A stretch of 64,000 bases of DNA from Octopus sinensis (GCF_006345805.1 NC_043013.1:5208001-5272000); one strand, 5' to 3'; shown: positions 1-13,883, counted from the first letter of the stretch. Numbers and translations: made by a program. Notes: generated from the letters alone by a model not told the origin.

Positions 1-299
1 ATAACAATAAAAGATCAGATAGATAATGAAAAAAAAAATTATCTTGAAAAGAAAGAGCAGAACACCTAACCACTTAGTACTTAAACCATCCATATCAGGT
101 TTCACTCTTGTACTTGTCTTATATACAAATTGACCTGTTCCAGCCTCTCACACTTACCCTACAATGTCTTCTAAAAATAAACAATCACATTGTTGAATTT
201 CCAAAACAATAAGATAATGCAGGATTAACTCAAAACAATATGAATAAATAAACTGTGAATTCGACAGAGTAGTTTGACTACCAAAGAATTAAAACTGAC

Positions 300-455
300 C
301 TTTGCTCTGAATCGATCTTCAAAATATCGAATGACTCGTTCTGCTGTTGTTTTCTTAGTGTCTGGATTCCTTGCTCCTTTGACAATATCACGTTCAAACT
401 CCATTCTTTCCTTCTTTAAATCACTCTGTTCTAATTCATATTGTTCACTTGTTGC
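300..455 (-). CDS. CCDC113: CCDC113 coding exon 3 (ATSEQYELEQSDLKKERMEFERDIVKGARNPDTKKTTAERVIRYFEDRFRAK); gene continues left of the window
   Basis: Polypyrimidine-TTTTAG acceptor at 456, AAG|GTCAGT donor at 299, 156 nt, phase 0-0. Resembles recalled CCDC113 EFEKDILK...KVMKYIED. Not in the supplied ORF track (no ATG). Confidence 0.9.
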
Positions 456-738
456 CTAAAACAGAAAAAGTTAAAATGTAAAATGCAAATATCTGTTTCT
501 TAGCAGAATATTTTTCTTTTTTTCTTTGTCACATGCAAAAGAAAATGCCTTTTTAATATTCCATACTGTTGGAAGTTAACAGTATAAAGTAGATAGATGA
601 TGTACACATAGAACACATAAACACACATTAATATATATAATGTGTGTTTATGTGTTCTATGTGTACATCATCTATCTACTTTATACTGTTAACTTCCAAC
701 AGTATGGAATATTAAAAAGGCATTTTCTTTTGCATGTG

Positions 739-769
<31 letters not shown>

Positions 770-944
770 CAAGATAAGAAAATGGAGAAATACATCTAAA
801 TCAAATATCAATTACCAGATAATACTCAATCACATACTTTATTAAACCACCACATAAGAGACTGTAGGGTTAAACATAAAAATGCAGAACAAATCAGTGT
901 ACATAAAGGAATGTACATAAAAAAGTGTACATAAAAGATATATA

Positions 945-1452
945 TATCGTAAATCCCCAAGTATAATTGGCACTTTTTCCCAAAATTTAAAGGTCAAAAT
1001 CCCTAATGCATACTATATACAAGGTTAAAAATGAAAAATATTTTCTAAGCAATGTCCGAGTCTCTATTAGCTGTCTGGCAATGTTCATTCAGATGTATTT
1101 TGTGATGTCGAGCACGAAAATACCTTAAGCTAAGCCTGAAAGCAATGAAGTCATAAAAGAATCATCCATAACTTGCAGTAAGCAACATTTATTAAAATAA
1201 AAGTATTCAGAACACAGAATAACATGTAACAAAAACAATTTGCAAACATATTTACATTCCCATATAACAGTTAAGAACATCACCATTATTGTATTACGCA
1301 TGTGCAGAAGTGTTTGTTCGACTAGGTGCTGCTGGCTTAATTACGCTCAACTCAAGTTAGAGAAGTGGTGCGTATTATACACAAGGTTTAGGTTTTTCAG
1401 AAGTACAGCCCCCTAAAAGTCCCCTGCGTATTATACTCGAGGATTTCCGGTA
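945..1452. mobile_element. Tc1/mariner-superfamily (pogo/Tc2-like) MITE
   Basis: Imperfect TIR CGTAAATCCCCAAGTATAA / TTATACTCGAGGATTTCCG with TA flanks. Confidence 0.6.
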
Positions 1453-2301
1453 TATATATATCATCTTTTTGCAGAGGGCTACATCTAGATCAACCTTCCA
1501 CTCTTACTGCTTCGTGTGCAAAAATGACTAGTGGCACTTAGTTCACACCATTTATACCAACCCCCCCATAATTAGACAATATCCTTTCAACACCAATCCA
1601 ATAGGATAAAACGCCTGTGATGGCATGACATTGTGCAATTTGCAAACATTTCCTTCCACCACCATTACCCAAATTTCAAGCACCTCCTCCGGCGTTTGAT
1701 TGTTCAACTAATAAATGCCACTTGGGAAAAATCCCTTCTTCCTCAGTGTCAATATTTTGAGTATTGTTATCACTAGCGATATCAAGATATAACTTTGTAT
1801 TTTATGTGTAGATGTATATATATATATAGATGTACATGTAATATATACACATATATATACTCATATATACATGCACTAGCACTATGACCCGGCAATGACG
1901 TAATGTCTGGTCTTTCGCATGTAGCAGGTATGTAATTGTGCATTTGTTTCCGTGTACTATGTGTTGTGTGTAAAAAACATCCTGACGAGGGGAGTGTCAA
2001 TTTTAAATATATGATATGTTTCATATTAATTGATGCATCTCTGAAATGGCCCGTAGATGAACTTTTATGTATTTTTGTAAATTTGTATATTTATCTTCTA
2101 TGCATTTTTCTCTGGAATTTTAATTCGTCTTTTTAATATGTCATTGTATGTTTTATTACCCCAAATTTTTAATTTAACAAATTTATACCAAACTAGCACT
2201 ATGACCCGGCAACACCAGGTCATAATGCTAGTATATATATATATATATACATATATATGCATATATACATGTGTATATGTACTTACTTACATCCTTACGT
2301 G

Positions 2302-2334
<33 letters not shown>

Positions 2335-3275
2335 TAACTGACTGGAATTGTAGGCCCGTCTCTTGCAATTTCGATCAATTATATCTTGTCCTCCCTCTTG
2401 TATAGAAGTGTGGCTACAATCCAGCCTACCTCTACTTCTGGGGGGACATTTTAAAGTTTTATCCGGGATGTCCTACGTCCCAGATATAAAGGTAAAAATA
2501 AAATATTTCCACTTTGCAAGGTTCGAGTCGAGTACACCCTTGCATGCTCCGTTGACTCGAACCTTGCTTCTATTGTGGCGAATTTACCGCCTCTGGTTAG
2601 ATACTTGATATCTTTCATAGTCGCACCAAGACACTTTTCGATGGTGCTTTCCTCCAGGTGTTCAAATCTTTTTTTTTCTCTACATTGTTGGCTGTTTTTC
2701 TACTCCTGTATTTTGAGTATTTAACAACAAGATACGCTTTCGATAAAACAGTTGCTCCCGTGTCACTCTCTCTCCCTCACTCTTCCTCCCTTGCTCACGT
2801 GGCTCCCATGTGACCATCCGCCATCTTTCTTCTCCTAATTTCTGTTTCTTTCTTTCTCTCAGTTGTAGCTGGATCAAGGAAGACGTGTTCTTGTCTGTCT
2901 CCTGTTCAAGCTTGACTTATGCGTTCATCACCACAACCTCGTTTAGGCTTAGCAGCCCTTTCTGTTTGTTTTCACTGTCCTGTTTGTGTTACCAATTTTG
3001 ACCCGCCGCAAAATCCCAAATTTTATTTACTTTGCTTTGTGGGAGCATATATTGTTGTTAAATGCATATATTGTTGTTAAAAGAGTATATTGTTGTTAAA
3101 TGCTTGAAATACAAGAGTAGAAAATCAGCCAACAACTGATGAAGGGTCGCTTTTTGTGTTGTTTGTCTTGTTTTCCATTTCTGTCTTTTATTACTCAAAA
3201 AAATAGTTCATATTCCATGTACTTGTACTTCTTGTTTTTTGGTGTACACTTTTCGTGGCGTCCTGTGCCCACATA

Positions 3276-3320
<45 letters not shown>

Positions 3321-4548
3321 GTATAGATGTAAGTATGTACATATACATATGTATATATACATATATATATACATTATTTATATTATTATATGATTGAATG
3401 CCATGCATACTCTTCCAAGTATGTTTTATCTTATATATATATATAATATTTTTTTAAGTGACACACAAGCACACACAGGGGAAGGCCACACTGCTGCTAA
3501 AAACTATGACACACACACACACAAACAAGGACACAAATGCATGCACACAGAAGGATACACATCTTAGAAGAACAGAATGGAGTAAGTGGAGCAAGAACAC
3601 AGACAAAAACAAAAAGTGTCAGTGAAGAGGTCGCAGATGTGTGATGAAAGATTTCCAAACAATGGACATGAGTTAAAATAATAGAATTAAGAACAGTAAT
3701 AAACGAGTTTGTGCTTCTTGCCCTACCATTTCTTGACAACCTATGTTGGTGTGTTTATGACCCTGTAACTTAATAGTTCAGCAAAAGAGACTGATAGAAT
3801 AAGTACTAGGCTTACAAAGAATAAGTCCTGAGGTCAATTTGCTCAACTAAAGGGCAGTGCTCCAGCATGGCCACTGTCAAATGCCAGAAACAAAAGACTA
3901 AAGGAATATATATATATATATATATAGATAGATAGATAGATACACAGACACATATATATATGTATATATATAATTGCTGCTGCCATTGTCGATGTCACAT
4001 AATTGGCATTCATGGCAGTGGCGCATGAAAAGCACCTTTTGAGCGTTGGGCCTCACAGAGGCAACATAGCCAATGCTGGTGTCACAGACGCAGCAATCTT
4101 TGCTGATGTCACGTAAAATGCATCTTTCAAATGCAGGGCCTCAGAGACAATGACAAATGGCTGAAACCTTTGGCAATATGCTGTGCTTGAGAAGGAAGAT
4201 CCATCAAGCTAAGTGAAATTGTAGTCACGGTAGATACTAGTGTCACACAACAGTGGCATGTAAAAGCACCCAGTGGTTGGCGTTAGCAAAGGCATCCAGC
4301 CATGGAAACCATGCTAAATCAGACTGGAGTCTGGTGCAGCCCCTCAGCTTATCAGCCCTGGTCAAAGTGTCCAACCCATGCCAGCATGAAAAACAGACAT
4401 TAAATAATGATAATGATATATATGATTAAATCAATGATTGCTGACATGATAATAAACATGGCACAAGATTGGTCAAAATGTGAATTGGTGAAATGATTAT
4501 AAATTATGTAATAAAAGAAATATTAAGGTCATTCTGCAATATTTATTT

Positions 4549-4584
<36 letters not shown>

Positions 4585-4962
4585 CATGATCACCGTGACC
4601 GACCAGGCAATCAGATGTTGCTACACATCACTGGTCACAATGCGTTTCGCATTGTTTTAACCTTTAAATGACGCCACCCCGCTGGCTAAGCGAGCAGGCC
4701 AATATATATATATATATATATGTAGGTCCCGGGTTGAGTCAGGGTTAACCACAGTAAATAAGGTGCTCAATACATAGCAGAGTAAATTAATTTATTTTAT
4801 TTTATAGAAGGAGCTTCTACAGGACTAGAACTGTTTCATTCAAAAGAAATCATCAGGAAGCTCCTGATGATTTCTTTTGAATGAAACAGTTCTAGTCCTG
4901 TAGAAGCTCCTTCTATAATATATATATATATATATAACTTTAACGGTTAAATTTATAAACAA

Positions 4963-5003
<41 letters not shown>

Positions 5004-5213
5004 TATGCAATTGAGGCAGTTATTAATTAAAATAGTCATCTATGTATCATACTGTCAATAGGCCAGTTACTGCAGTATTTGTTCTGAGATAACATCTCAG
5101 CAACCTTCTTTATTACGCAGCCATGCCTGCAGAAATTTTTTTTAAATCACTTTGCTTCACAGAAACAATTTTATAGGGAAACAGAAAATCACAAATAATC
5201 ATAACAAACTCAC

Positions 5214-5508
5214 TTTATACGTATCAACCACCTTTTCAGCTTCATCTGCAGTTTTCTTTATTTCAGTTTTCAGTTTTTCAACAGTCTTCTGTGCAATGTC
5301 ACATTTTTGGTTTGTCGTTAAGCGTAGCGTACGATCAATAGTGTTACGAACTTTACTTCGTTTTCTGCCAATTGGCCGAGAAATTTCTCCAGTTGATCCA
5401 AATGAAGACGTGTTATTTGATGCGTTTAACATCACCGAATTAAGGTCTTGCTTTTCATAAAAATCTTCAAACATTTTGGTTTCAATTTCAAGCACGACAT
5501 TTTTTTCT
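5214..5508 (-). CDS. CCDC113: CCDC113 coding exon 2 (EKNVVLEIETKMFEDFYEK...GRKRSKVRNTIDRTLRLTTNQKCDIAQK...DTYK)
   Basis: TTTTAG acceptor at 5509, AAA|GTGAGT donor at 5213, 295 nt. Translation aligns with recalled human CCDC113 segments NSALKTETEMFEKYYAK and GRRRSKSR...LTADQKLELVQK. Confidence 0.92.
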
Positions 5509-5600
5509 CTAAAATTAAAGAATGAGAATAAAATCATAATAATTTGTTTTTTTATTGTTTAATTTTACTGGACAAAATATTCAATTTGCCAGTTCATTAT

Positions 5601-6017
5601 ATAGGCGCAGGAGTGGCTGTGTGGTAAGTAGCTTGCTTACCAACCACATGGTTCCGGGTTCAGTCCCACTGCGTGGCACCTTGGGCAAGTGTCTTCCACT
5701 ATAGCCTCGGGCCGACCAAAGCCTTGTGAGTGGATTTGGTAGACGGAAACTGAAAGAAGCCCGTCGTATATATGTATATATATATATGTGTGCGTGTATG
5801 TTTGTGTGTCTGTGTTTGTCCCCCTAGCATTGCTTGACAACTGATGCTGGTGTGTTTATGTCCCCGTCACTTAGCAGTTCGGCAAAAGAGGCCGATAGAA
5901 TAAGTACTGGGCTTACAAAGAATAAGTCCCGGGGTCGAGTTGCTCGATTAAAGGCGGTGCTCCAGCATGGCCGCAGTCAACTGACTGAAACAAGTAAAAG
6001 AGTAAAAGAGAAAGAGT
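5601..6017 (+). mobile_element. Main tRNA-headed CORE-type SINE (family 1), full length
   Basis: A box TGGCTGTGTGG, B box GGTTCAGTCCC, CORE-like CACCTTGGGCAAGTGTC, central (TA/TG)n, LINE-like tail ending GACTGAAACAAGTAAAAGAG. Confidence 0.9.
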
Positions 6018-6929
6018 ATATACTTAGGCAGAAACTGAGATCAAGATTAGATGTGGTAGAATGATGGCAGTTGTCCAATGATTGAGACTTATTTGGTCAT
6101 TCTCTTTCATACGCTAAGGGATTAAACTTCATCTGTATGCATCTACTGCTATTCCTACAGCAATGAATGCAGGTAAAACATAGAAGGAAATGTTTACATG
6201 CTGGAGATGAGACCTTATAAAAAGCCTGAAATTTATAAATTTAGTTTTTTTAGTAATATTAGTTCATCTGAATACCAGTCATATATGGTGATGACCACCA
6301 CATCATTCCACTGACACATACATTTAAACAGTTTCCATTTCACAAATTCCATTCTCTCTTTCTCTTCCTCTTTTTCTACTGGGGGAGCTATGTATCCCCC
6401 CACTACTGGAACACACCTGTTTCAGCCCCTCTATCACACTTCAATCTCGTCACACCTGGCAGATAGCCACCTTCCACAGTACTACTCCCTAGCAACCTCA
6501 GTTGAAGGGATCTTGTCTTGCAAGTTTCTTGGTGAACTCAATGGTGACAGTGTCACATAAAAAGCACCCAGTTCACTCTGGGTGAAGTGGTTGATATTCG
6601 GAAATGACATCGAACTGTAGAAATCGTGCCAAAGCAGACATCAGAGCTTACTACAGTTCTCTGGTTGGCTAGCTCCTATCAAACCATACAACCCATGCCA
6701 GCATGGAAAACAGAAGTTAAATGATGATAATGATGATGGTGATGAAGAAGAATATATTGCTCAGCCTGACACTACAACAGTTGCACTGTTACATGACACA
6801 CGGACCACCATAGAGGAACATCATATTTTTTAATCATAGACACACATGACGTGCCAGGCAATGGTAGTTGTTGAATTCTTTAAACCTTCAAACTGATAAA
6901 CAAATCAAAAATGATAACCTTATCTTATT

Positions 6930-7735
6930 GTCTCGTAACATATGCACAGAGATACATAAGTGGGTGACTGTCTGTACATAACTGTGTGAACGGCTATGCT
7001 GGATGGCAGTGGAACATGGACTATGACATGCAAGGACATGCGTAGGCGTGAAAGAAATAAAGCTTGTATGCTTCGCTGGATGTGCAAAGTCAGTGTGCAT
7101 GTTCGACAGAGTGTAAGCATCTTGAGAGAAAGGTTAGGCATAAGAAGAATCAGATGTGGTGTGTAAGAGAGATGACTATGCTGGTATGGGCATGTAATAC
7201 ATATGGATGAGGACAGGTGTGTAAAGAAGTGCTGATCTCTAACTGTGGTGAGAATCTGTGGTAGAGGTAGACCCAGAAAGACATAAGACGAGGTGGTGAA
7301 GCATGATCTTCAAACTTGGGGCCACACAGAAGCAATGACTGGTGACCGAGACCTTTTGGCGATATGCTGTGCTTTAGAGGACCTGTCAAGCCAAGTGCAC
7401 CTATACTAGTGACATGTAAAGAACATCTTTTGAACGTTGGGCCTCATGGAGGGCCTTTGGCATTATGTCATGCTTGAGACAAAGACCTGTCGAGCTGAGC
7501 AAAATCACAGTCATGGCAGATACCAGTGTCACACGAATTGGTACCCATGCTGGTGGTACGTAAACACACCCCAGTGTCAAATAAATAACATGTAAAAACA
7601 CCCATTACACTTGCAGAGGGGTTGGCATTAGGAAGGGCATCCAGCCATAGAAAACCATGCTAAATCAGACTGTAGTCTGGCGCAGCCTTCCAGTATGCCA
7701 GCCCAGTCAAACCATCCAGCCGATGCCAGCATGGT
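6930..7735 (+). mobile_element. RTE-clade LINE 3' portion (decayed ORF C-terminus and 3'UTR)
   Basis: Decayed frame reads approximately MLRWMC..SV....LRERLGIR...WYGHV..MDEDR...GRGRPRKT, typical of RTE C-termini, followed by the shared 3'UTR (GGCATTAGGAAGGGCATCCAGC...GCCAGCATGG). Confidence 0.8.
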
Positions 7736-8691
7736 AGTAAAATTACTACCTGCTTTTAAGCAAGTTGATGCAGGTAGTTTATACATTGGGTCATCCCATA
7801 AATAATGTGATATTTTTCAATTGCTTGTACTAAAAGTCGGAGGGGAACAGGATAAACTACCTGCATTAACTTGCTATAAAATTTTAAAATTTCAATACCT
7901 GTGACAGCAACAGAAAAGATCTCTTTCTTTCTCTCATTTGTATATTTCTTTCATTTTCTCATGGTAAACTTTCTCATTGTATAAATGTACATTACTTGCA
8001 CTGAGTGTGTATAAGTAGTTTCATTAGGGTGACAGAGTAAGTTAAAAAAAGGTGTGCATACACACACGCACACACACACACATATGCACACATGGACTCA
8101 CTTGATGTGGATGAGGTTAAAGATTTAAATAGCAAAACGTTTTTGCTGTTGTTGCTTGCATGCCACAATGGACCACCAATGTGTTTATAGGGAGGAAAAT
8201 ATTAAGAAACATTAATACATGTCAGAGTGACATGTAGGATGACGCCAGGTGGTTGTGCGATGTGCTAGAAACAACAGCTAAGTCTCCCTTAAATCACATA
8301 CCTTTTCACCTGAAAATTGCTTTTAAATTATAAACAGAAACAAATACTGTCCATATTTTAAAATTGATTTTAAACATTTAAGTAAAAAAAGCTGAAATTT
8401 TAGGATTCGTGGTGAGTGGTTAATGAAAAAATTTTTTTTTAATTCAGTATTATTTTTAAGTTATGTTTCATTTTCTGTTGGAAAATAAGAAAACGGGTAT
8501 TGTAATGACAATTGTCAATTTCCAAAATTATTTTTTTATTATCCTTCAAGGCTTCTCCCATCGTTTCAAGTATGAAGTGCAAAAAATAATTTGGCCAAAA
8601 TCGGAAGAAGAAGCGGGTAGAAAAAATTCATAAATTTTCAAAATTTGTGTTTTATTACGGAGGCGTTCCCCATTGTTTTTATGTATGTACT

Positions 8692-8923
8692 CTCTCTCTT
8701 TACTCTTTTACTTGTTTCAGTCATTTGACTGTGGCCATGCTGGAGCACCGACTTTAATCGAGCAACTCGACCCCGGGACTTATTCTTTTGTAAGCCCAGT
8801 ACTTATTCTATTGGTCTCTTTTGCCGAACCACTAAGTAACGGGGACATAAACACACCAGCATCGGTTGTCAAGCAATGCTAGGGGGACAAATACAGACAC
8901 ACAAACACACACACGCATATATA

Positions 8924-8968
<45 letters not shown>

Positions 8969-9130
8969 TACAACGGGCTTCTTTTCAGTTTCCGTCTACC
9001 AAATCTACTTACAAGGCTTTGGTCGGCCCGAGGCTATAGTAGAAGACACTTGCCCAAGGTGCCATGCAGTGGGACTGAACCCGGAACCATGAGGTTGGTA
9101 AACAAGCTACTTACCACACAGCCACTCCTG
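8692..9130 (-). mobile_element. SINE family 1
   Basis: Reverse complement of the 5601 consensus. Confidence 0.88.
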
Positions 9131-9883
9131 TAGTGTAAAAAAAAAAATTGGACAAAATCAGTCCAGTAGGGTGAGGGGAAGATTCATAGATTTCCAAGAA
9201 TTATTTTCATAAAAAGCTTCCCCCTATCATTTGCTAGGGAGTGGTGAAAAATAATTTGAAAAATTCCCATCAAAACAGAAAGCCTAACCAGTTGTGTGGG
9301 TGTGCTATTCCAAAATCTGTCCAGGATTCTATTGTGAAAATTACCCGGCAACAACAGGATATTCAGTGAGTTTTTTATCCTTCATTTCAGTCATTCCACT
9401 GTGACCATGCTGGGGCACTGCCTGGAATGGTTCTTAGTTAAACAAATTGATCCCAGGACTTTCTTTTCTTATAAAGACAGGTTTTTTTTTTACTGAGCTG
9501 CTAAGTTATGGAGACATAAACACACCAACACCGGTTATCAATCAAGTGGGGGGGGACAAACACAGACACAAAGACATGCACACATAGATTTATACATACA
9601 TACAAACTGTATCGCTGCTCCTCCACCCCCAACACTCACCCCCTATTTTTATACCCAGATTCTACGCTCATATTCTTGTTACTTGTGAGTATACCCCAGC
9701 ACTACACCATCTCTCTTCTGCTCTCTCTTACACTTTTGCTGATTCCTACCCTCTCTCTCTTTCCCTTAGTCACTCTCTCTCTCTTATTTTCTCCTCCTCC
9801 TTCTCGTTTTCCCTCAGCCAAGGTAACCAAGTACCTCCTTTACATCAGCACACTTGTTTCTGGCCTCTTTCTTGTACAGCCCA

Positions 9884-9931
<48 letters not shown>

Positions 9932-10388
9932 GGTAACCATCCACCTCCTCTACAGCAAGACACCTATTTCTGCCTCTCTATTTCTCTGTTACACTCTAAC
10001 CTTTCATCATCTGATACTGCATCACCTCCTCTAATGACCCCCACCACCACCACCACCCTGTTGTGGCAAGACACCTGCTTCTGTCTCTCTATCACACTCT
10101 AACTTTTCATCCTCCGACACAAGTTCCTGTCCTCAAATGCCCCTGACCCTTCTCATAATTCCTTGTCTTGTGAGTTACTTGGTTACCCTGTCAGTGCTGG
10201 TGCCATGTTAAAAGCATCCAATCCCCACTTTAACGTGGTTGGCATTTGGAAGGGCATCCAGCTGTAAAAATCTTGCCAAAACTGACCTCACCTGTGCTGG
10301 TGCCACGTAAAAAGCACTGAGTACATTCTGCAGAGTGGTTGGTGTTAGGAAGGGCACCCAGCCATCAAATCCCTGCCACATCACACGA

Positions 10389-10444
<56 letters not shown>

Positions 10445-11355
10445 CATTTAGTGATCGTAGGCCCCTTCATCCCACCATATAAAAGAAATTTAATTTAAAT
10501 ACATAAAATTCTTTTATATGGTGGGATGAAGGAACCTACGATCTTTAAATGAACATATATATTTCCTCATTGAGAATAATTTGAACCCCTGTTATGCCGG
10601 AATTTTTATTCCCTAACAAATAAAATTAAATATATATATATATATATATAAAGACAGGCTTCTTTCAGTTTCCATCCACCAAATCCACTCACAAGGCTTT
10701 GGTCAGCCCAAGGTGCCAGGCAGTGGGATTGAACCTGGAACTGGAAAGCATGCTTCTTATAACACAACCATGCCTGTGCCTAAAGTACATAAAAATAAAA
10801 TAATAATAATGAAATTATTGTATACAGTGCAACACACCAACACTGTATATATATATAGCTATAAGCATACATACACACATGCACACAGTATTTGCTATCA
10901 GCACAAGCAGCTATCAGTCACCACTGCTCTCTCTTAGGCTGTCAATGGCGGTTGACAACAGCCAATACATCTGTATTACTTCTTTTGTATACAACAAGTA
11001 AAGCAATAAATTCACGGTAGTACTAACAGACACAGAGGATCTCGTTACCACAGGTAGGGGTAAAACTCTTTTTTTTTTTTAGCTCCGGGCTAGACAATGG
11101 CTTTGCATTTAACTGCTAATACCAATCAACGCAACCAAAACCCAACACCTTTCAATACATATGTGTACATGCACACACACACATATATTTATTGCTCTTA
11201 AACAAGAATATTATTCATAGTGACTTCGAAGTTGTGACTGTTGGACTGCCTGACAATGACTTAACTGGCCAAAACTTCTCTACAAAAATATACAGTAATC
11301 CATCAGATTAACGTAAAATTGTTTTTATTATAATTGAACATAAAAACAAACATTG

Positions 11356-11425
<70 letters not shown>

Positions 11426-11622
11426 TGTGTACAGTGCTCAGGTGCACTACAACTCATCTAAAGTGTATATATAATCAGGTGTAGACACTTTAGATGAGTT
11501 GTAGTGCACTTGAGCACTGTACACAATTATTATTATTATTATATCAATGTTTGTTTTTATGTTCAATTATAATAAAAACAATTTGTATATATGTGTTAAT
11601 ATATACAAATATAGATATAAAT

Positions 11623-11653
<31 letters not shown>

Positions 11654-11996
11654 CACACCCATATACATACATATATTTATACATATAAAACATTTTTTTC
11701 TTCTCTTTCTTTATTCCTCTCTTCCTGTTTTCAATTTGACCTTACTAATACATTCCCTACTTTTAGGTCACTTTAAATAAAACCCTTGATTCAATAGCAC
11801 TGTGTACAAACTTGATACTTGGAATGACCAATTTTAAATACTATTGGATTTTACTCATAAGGTACTGGAATCTTATATCTATACCATTCTGCATAAATAA
11901 TGGATCTACAAATACAATATCAATCACATCTATTTCATTCCTCCACCTCACTCTCTACCTATCAAAATTAACTATTGCTAACCATCTTCTCACACC

Positions 11997-12044
11997 GTCT
12001 CTGATGAAGGGATATGATAAATATCCTAGAAACAGCTGTAAGAC
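11997..12044 (+). ncRNA. Minimal type I hammerhead ribozyme motif in a Penelope-like fragment
   Basis: GTCT-CTGATGA-AGGGATAT(GATAA)ATATCCTA-GAAAC-AGCT-GTA^AGAC. Helix I GTCT/AGAC, palindromic helix III ACAGCTGT, predicted cut after 12040. Confidence 0.8.
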
Positions 12045-12469
12045 CTATTTGTAGATGTTCTAAAAAGGTACACAGCCTTGGTTTTTTATCTCATTACGGA
12101 AAAAAAAAAGTTTCTATACACACTGATATATGACCTACGATGGCCCCTTATTTGCATAATCACCAAACCTGAAACTCAACTATGGTCTAACCATACCACT
12201 TATTCAGCATTACGTGACACCATTACCTCTCACAACCTACATATATCTATATATATATATATATATATATATGAGAAAGAAAATGGAGATTGGCAAGTTA
12301 ATAATTGTTTATTATTAACACCAAATTAATAATCATCCCTTACAGATGTTCAATAAATACTCAGTAAATATTAATTCAATATTAAATTTATATGACCTGA
12401 GCATATCTTCAGAGGGACAAAAATATACCCTTGGATGTTTTATGTGTTTATGGATTCATTATAGTCCAC

Positions 12470-12801
12470 TATACATATATCTATATATATATATAATATA
12501 TATATATATAGATATATACATATATATATATAATATATAATATATATATATAGATATATATATATATAACATATATATATAATATATATACATATATTAT
12601 ATATATATACATATAATATATATATTATATATATATACATCTATATATATATATACCTATATATATATATATACATATATATATACATTATATATATATA
12701 TATATATATATATTATATTATATATATATATATCATATATATATATATTATATACATATATATATAATATATATACATATATATTATATATACATATATA
12801 T

Positions 12802-12846
<45 letters not shown>

Positions 12847-12853
12847 ATATACA

Positions 12854-12895
<42 letters not shown>

Positions 12896-13121
12896 GACAT
12901 AATATATATATATACTATATATATATATATTATATAATAATATATATATATTATATATATATATATATAATATTATATATATACATATATATATTATATA
13001 TATATATTATATACATAATATATATATACATATATATATATACATATATATATATACATATATATATATAATATACATATATATATTATATACATATTAT
13101 ATATATATTATATAATATATA

Positions 13122-13154
<33 letters not shown>

Positions 13155-13227
13155 ACATATATATATATAGATACATATATATATATATACTATATATATA
13201 TATATATACATATATAATATATATACA

Positions 13228-13260
<33 letters not shown>

Positions 13261-13322
13261 CATAATATATATATATATACATATATTATATATATATATA
13301 ATATATATATATATACTATATA

Positions 13323-13356
<34 letters not shown>

Positions 13357-13361
13357 CTATA

Positions 13362-13415
<54 letters not shown>

Positions 13416-13520
13416 AGTGGACTATAATGAATCCATAAACACATAAAACATCCAAGGGTATATTTTTGTCCCTCTGAAGATATGCTCAGATACATATATA
13501 TATAATACATATATATATAT

Positions 13521-13607
<87 letters not shown>

Positions 13608-13610
13608 ACA
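12470..13610. repeat. Very long degenerate (TA)n array
   Basis: Direct reading; the source of many spurious YI-rich ORFs. Confidence 0.95.
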
Positions 13611-13883
13611 ATTGCAGCGTGCAAGGTGTTTGTAAGCCATTTAGAAACACAAAAAGCCGTTCGATTCACTTCAACATTTAAGTTTAATTTGTCAAAATAT
13701 TTTCGTTGCTAAAATCCGTGACCTGTTCACTAACAAAAATCTGTGCTGCATCTCATTTTGTCAGTGAACAGGTCACGGATTTTAGCGACGAAAATATTTT
13801 GACAAATTAAACTTAAATGTTGAAGTGAATCGAACGGCTTTTGTGTGTTTCTTAAATGGCTTACAAACACCTTGCACGCTGCA

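Noticed and set aside
1981-2010. CTGACGA hammerhead-like core
   Set aside because: No helix II or GAAA follows.
5152-5460. 102-aa plus-strand ORF
   Set aside because: Antisense shadow of CCDC113 exon 2.
5637-6064. Recurring small ORFs (MSSNARGTNTDTQT..., MLGGQT..., MTTDAGVF...)
   Set aside because: Chance frames within SINE family 1, repeated wherever the SINE occurs.
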